A DNA stretch of 29,010 bases from a virus. Its lineage: Duplodnaviria; Caudoviricetes. The notes beneath the pieces were generated by a model that worked only from the letters and a program-made list of their open reading frames with translations, was not told the origin of the DNA and searched no databases. Shown here one piece after another: positions 25,753 to 29,010 of the stretch (position 1 is its first letter; every line of letters starts with the position of its first letter). The DNA lies in the IMG/VR virus record IMGVR_UViG_3300048577_000214, positions 1 through 29,010 of that record. One strand, 5' to 3'. Position numbers and translations under genes: made by a program.

Positions 25753-25780
25753 ATTATAACGTCGTTGTTAGGATTGTCAA
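25753..25780 (-). promoter_or_regulatory. Early lytic promoter (PR-like)
   Basis: Exact TTGACA (25780-25775) - 16 bp - TATAAT (25758-25753). Confidence 0.8.
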
Positions 25781-25815
25781 CACTATGAGTACATTCTGTA
25801 ATCATTCGTATTTTT

Positions 25816-25835
25816 ATGACTACAATATCGTCATG
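25816..25835 (+). promoter_or_regulatory. Repressor promoter -10 giving a probable leaderless mRNA
   Basis: TACAAT (25821-25826) 6 nt before ATG 25833; no SD; flanked by ATGAC-N9-GTCAT inverted repeat. Confidence 0.55.
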
Positions 25836-26243
25836 GAAGATATTAATGATGCTGTACGAAAGTGGTTAAATCAAAAATTTCTCGATTGGCAGATTAAAAC
25901 TGGCAAGAGACAGACACTCAGATCTTTTGCAAAGTTCTTGGATGTAAAAGAACAATCTTTGTCAGGCTGGATGAATGGATCCAACCCCCCATCCGGTGAA
26001 AATTTACAGAAGATCGCCTTTAAGTTGGGGTTTGAGATTTACGATTTGGTTGGTAAAGTCCGCCCTGGTAATATCGTTCCATTTTCTTCATTACCCCCGG
26101 AACTGCAAACTAGATTAACTGATGCAATGATGGAAATATCAGCCACGCTTAAAGAAAAAAATGTCAAAAATGAAGACGAGGCGTTTTCTATAGCTTCTGA
26201 AATATTTGCTTCGCATTCACTGCGAGCTTCAAAATCTGAGTGA
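25833..26243 (+). CDS. XRE-family prophage repressor (no peptidase domain)
   Basis: 'TLRSFAKFLDVKEQSLSGWMNGSNPPSGENLQKIAFKLG'; 136 aa from MEDIND. Confidence 0.85.
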   Translation: MEDINDAVRKWLNQKFLDWQIKTGKRQTLRSFAKFLDVKEQSLSGWMNGSNPPSGENLQKIAFKLGFEIYDLVGKVRPGNIVPFSSLPPELQTRLTDAMMEISATLKEKNVKNEDEAFSIASEIFASHSLRASKSE

Positions 26244-26272
26244 TCAATTATGTTAGCCACGTTGACAATCAT
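26039..26272 (-). CDS. Antisense ORF overlapping the repressor 3' half (candidate antirepressor or antisense RNA)
   Basis: ATG 26272 with GGAGG RBS 5 nt upstream, downstream of a promoter with a LexA-like box. Confidence 0.3.
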   Translation of the reverse strand: MIVNVANIIDHSDFEARSECEANISEAIENASSSFLTFFSLSVADISIIASVNLVCSSGGNEENGTILPGRTLPTKS

Positions 26273-26293
26273 TCAACCCTCCATTTGCACAAT

Positions 26294-26321
26294 AGTATAG
26301 CACGTCTGTTCTAAATAGCAA
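26294..26321 (-). promoter_or_regulatory. Promoter with LexA (GAAC-N4-GTTC-type) box, antisense to the repressor
   Basis: TTGCTA (26321-26316) - 16 bp - TATACT (26299-26294); TAGAAC-AGAC-GTGCTA at 26313-26298. Confidence 0.55.
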
Positions 26322-26371
26322 CTGTCACTAGTTACAGTGTGTGATACACAGTATAAAAATAGGGAGGAACA

Positions 26372-27004
26372 ATGCTGAAAGAAATTATCTCTACCATCAA
26401 TATCCCATTCGATGATCGGACACAATACAACCTTGCATATCTGGGTTTTATATTATCTGCCATTGAAAAAAGGGATATCGATAGCCTTGAAAAGGCATAT
26501 ATAAAATATTATGACGATAAAGTAAAAGTTCAAAAGGATCATAATAATATTCAGACTGTCACCAGTGGCGTTTCGTTCAATTTGCTGAACAAAGAACTTC
26601 TTCGTTATGAATTGATCCATATTTATCAATCCAGACCGAACATTCTTTCCCATATTTCAGATAAGGAATATTCAGTTTTAAGAGATTTGACTACCTTGAA
26701 ATTAATGACTGAGACATCAGACATAAAAATTAATTTCAAATCGATTACCTTCTCTTCAAAATATGATCTAAAATGGGCATCTTTAATGATCCGGTCACAT
26801 ACAATATTTTTGTATGATCGTGAAAAATATAATACCAATTTCATCATCAGAAACGCGAATGACAATTTTGTTTGTGCCCATTGTCGATCTATGACCGGAA
26901 AAATATTTACAAAAGAAAATCTTCCTCAGCTTCCCTTGGAAAAATGTACATGTAAATATGGATGTAGATGTGGTATTCATATTCAGGAAAAGGTGGTTTT
27001 ATGA
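26372..27004 (+). CDS. Low-GC accessory protein with C-terminal Cys cluster
   Basis: GGGAGG RBS; AT-rich codons; 'CAHC...LPLEKCTCKYGCRC'. Confidence 0.75.
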   Translation: MLKEIISTINIPFDDRTQYNLAYLGFILSAIEKRDIDSLEKAYIKYYDDKVKVQKDHNNIQTVTSGVSFNLLNKELLRYELIHIYQSRPNILSHISDKEYSVLRDLTTLKLMTETSDIKINFKSITFSSKYDLKWASLMIRSHTIFLYDREKYNTNFIIRNANDNFVCAHCRSMTGKIFTKENLPQLPLEKCTCKYGCRCGIHIQEKVVL

Positions 27005-27345
27005 CAACAACCTATTTGCTCATGGCTTTTCTATTGATCGCGGGCCTTGGCGCATTGCTCTATGGTTATAGAGCGTTTACCAAAAAAGACCCCCATAACA
27101 ATATTGATGATATTCCCGCCGTCCAGGTTCCACAAGCCCTTTCTCCGGCAGAGAAACCTGCCAAACCAACCACCAAAATATGCCGGTTCTGTAAGTCTGA
27201 AATCCCCATCGATGCCCAAAACTGCCGGTATTGCGGTAAGGATGTGTCCACGGCCGCCGTTCTTCAGCAGATCGCCAACCTGCTTTTCATTATCAGTCTG
27301 TGCATTTTGATCCCTCTTGTTCTCGCCATGTGTGGCTATTTATAA
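27001..27345 (+). CDS. Membrane protein with zinc-ribbon domain
   Basis: ATGA overlap; N- and C-terminal TM helices flanking 'CRFC...CRYC'. Confidence 0.75.
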   Translation: MTTTYLLMAFLLIAGLGALLYGYRAFTKKDPHNNIDDIPAVQVPQALSPAEKPAKPTTKICRFCKSEIPIDAQNCRYCGKDVSTAAVLQQIANLLFIISLCILIPLVLAMCGYL

Positions 27346-27360
27346 GAATTATGGAGTTTT

Positions 27361-28947
27361 ATGCAGTCCAATTGTCCATTCCCGCCTGGTTCGCAGGTGG
27401 TCGCCTATCTCCGCGATAGTGATGGCCCCAAGCAGGATCTGTCCGTGATCCATCAGCAGGGCATCATCTCTCAGTATGCCACCGAAAATAATCTCATCAT
27501 CACCCGCATCTACGCCGACAGCAAAACCGGTACCGTCGATGTGGGCCGCGATCAATTTTTGGCCATGATCGATTACCTGGTCAAAACCAAACCCCGCCCG
27601 GCTGAAAAAGGCCTCCTCCTCCTCAACTCCAGCCGCCTGGCCCGCGATCCCATTGACCGCGACTATTACGAGTCCCTCCTGATCAAGCACGGGTACACCA
27701 TCCACCCTCTCACCTCCAACACTCCGGATGGACTTGACCAGGCCGATCAGTATTTTTTCCGCAAGCTCGAAACTTACATCGATGCGAAATTTATCATCCA
27801 ACTCCGCGCGAAAACCTCCGATGGTATCCAGGAATTATTCCGCACCACCGGCGCCCTTGGAGGCACCCCTCCGCCCGGGTTCAAGCGCGAGGTGATGGAT
27901 CTCGGACGCCGCAAAAATGGGGAGCGCCACCTGGCTGCCCGCTGGGTTCCAGATCCCGCCACCTGGGACCAGGTCAAAAAGGCCTGGCAGATGCGCGCCG
28001 CCGGCTGCACCTATCAGGAGATCCACGACGCCACCCATATCTATTCCTCGCATAACTCATACTCCACCATGTATCGCAATCGCATTTATTTGGGGGAAAT
28101 GACCGTCGGCGCCATCACAAAACCGGATTACGTCCCTGCCATGGTCGATCTCCCCACCTGGCAGGCGGTCCAGGATTTTAATCACCGCAATAAATCCAGG
28201 AACAACCCACATAACGGTAACCCGGACCATTCTGCGCGGCTCTCCAATAGTGATTATCTCCTCTCCGGATTGATCTACTGCGAGTGTGGCCACGCTATGA
28301 ACGCTTCCACCATCAAACCCACCGAGTACGAGTATTACCGCTGCAGCCGGTGGGAAGACCCAACCCATATCCACTCTGGGAACATCCCCCGGGCCGCCCT
28401 CGAGCAGGCAATCCTCAAAGCCCTCCGAGAGAGGATAGTCAACCGTCGGTCGCTGATGCTTCTGAGCGCCCAGTACGAAAAACACCTCAACGAACGTACC
28501 CACACCCTGAAACTGGAGCGCAAGAAATACCGTGCCCTGATCACCACTTCTCAAAAACAACTCCGCAACCTGACCATGGTCATCAAGAACCAGGGCCAGA
28601 TCTCCACCATCATCGAAAGCATTCGCGCCCTCGAGGAGGAGATTGCCGTTTATAACGAAAAACTGGCTCTCATTGAGAGCCAGTTGGTGGTCGCTTTTAT
28701 CAAACCTGATCTTGATCAATTGGGCGAGATGTCTGATTACCTCATCGACCGCATAAAAAACAGCCAGACGGCCGAATTGCGCCGTCTGCTCAGGGGGTTT
28801 GTCTCTCGGGTTGAGGTAAAAAAGCTGGATAAATCTTACGAAATTACCCTGGACTACCTCAATCCTGTGCTGATATTTAGTTTTGGGGAGAAGTGCCCCC
28901 ATCGAGACTCGAACTCGAGTTATGGCCTTGAAAGGGCCGTGTCCTAA
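27361..28947 (+). CDS. Large serine recombinase (integrase)
   Basis: 'AYLRDS' catalytic Ser motif, 'SRLARD', 'GGTPPPGF', 'NRIYLG', zinc ribbon 'LLSGLIYCECG...YYRC', coiled coil. Confidence 0.93.
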   Translation: MQSNCPFPPGSQVVAYLRDSDGPKQDLSVIHQQGIISQYATENNLIITRIYADSKTGTVDVGRDQFLAMIDYLVKTKPRPAEKGLLLLNSSRLARDPIDRDYYESLLIKHGYTIHPLTSNTPDGLDQADQYFFRKLETYIDAKFIIQLRAKTSDGIQELFRTTGALGGTPPPGFKREVMDLGRRKNGERHLAARWVPDPATWDQVKKAWQMRAAGCTYQEIHDATHIYSSHNSYSTMYRNRIYLGEMTVGAITKPDYVPAMVDLPTWQAVQDFNHRNKSRNNPHNGNPDHSARLSNSDYLLSGLIYCECGHAMNASTIKPTEYEYYRCSRWEDPTHIHSGNIPRAALEQAILKALRERIVNRRSLMLLSAQYEKHLNERTHTLKLERKKYRALITTSQKQLRNLTMVIKNQGQISTIIESIRALEEEIAVYNEKLALIESQLVVAFIKPDLDQLGEMSDYLIDRIKNSQTAELRRLLRGFVSRVEVKKLDKSYEITLDYLNPVLIFSFGEKCPHRDSNSSYGLERAVS

Positions 28948-28965
28948 CCGCTAGACCATGGGGGC
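28894..28965 (-). tRNA. tRNA-Glu (TTC), probable attachment site
   Basis: GCCCCCATGGTCTAGCGGTTAGGACACGGCCCTTTCAAGGCCATAACTCGAGTTCGAGTCTCGATGGGGGCA folds as a cloverleaf; CCA not encoded. Confidence 0.95.
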
Positions 28966-28975
28966 AACGGACAAA

Positions 28976-29004
28976 ATTCTACCATGACCATCCCTAGCGG
29001 TCAA
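28976..29004 (-). promoter_or_regulatory. tRNA promoter
   Basis: TTGACC - 17 bp - TAGAAT with extended TG, 10 nt upstream of the tRNA 5' end. Confidence 0.8.
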
Positions 29005-29010
29005 GAAATT

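Larger units (their letters stand above)
1..28947. mobile_element. Prophage (partial; tail/lysis end extends left of window)
   Basis: Complete head, replication, immunity and integration modules ending at a tRNA 3' end. Confidence 0.92.

Noticed and set aside
27349-28902. Minus-strand ORFs within the integrase
   Set aside because: Antisense shadows of a well-supported gene.
1-29010. Stop-codon reassignment, introns or inteins in core genes
   Set aside because: Core genes are intact under the standard code, all three stops are used, and no intein motifs were seen.

Overview
This window is the integrase-proximal ~29 kb of a temperate, tailed (HK97-fold) prophage whose end abuts a tRNA-Glu(TTC) gene at 28894-28965. 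From left to right: (1) A minus-strand late operon (1-10658) holds the probable major tail start, tail terminator, head-tail adaptor, a protease-major capsid fusion, a portal-MuF fusion, both terminase subunits and a holin-like gene. It is driven by a near-consensus sigma70 promoter with a highly structured leader. (2) A self-contained plus-strand two-gene cassette (10916-11866) has its own promoter, palindromic operator and terminator and looks like an anti-CRISPR/aca operon (AcrIC5-like domain plus an HTH fusion). (3) A minus-strand early operon (11866-25721) encodes ParB, two ASCH-like proteins, a minimal PolX, a primase-ATPase with a probable iteron origin, a paralogous stand-alone ATPase, a XerC/D-like tyrosine recombinase with a dif-like site, and an RHH protein in the Cro position. 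(4) A plus-strand immunity/integration module holds a probably leaderless XRE repressor without a peptidase domain, a LexA-box-controlled antisense ORF, two low-GC accessory genes, and a large serine recombinase whose C-terminus is read antisense through the tRNA. A Chloroflexota-like host is a weak inference from repeat and SOS-box style only. All family assignments come from motif recognition by eye; no searches were run.
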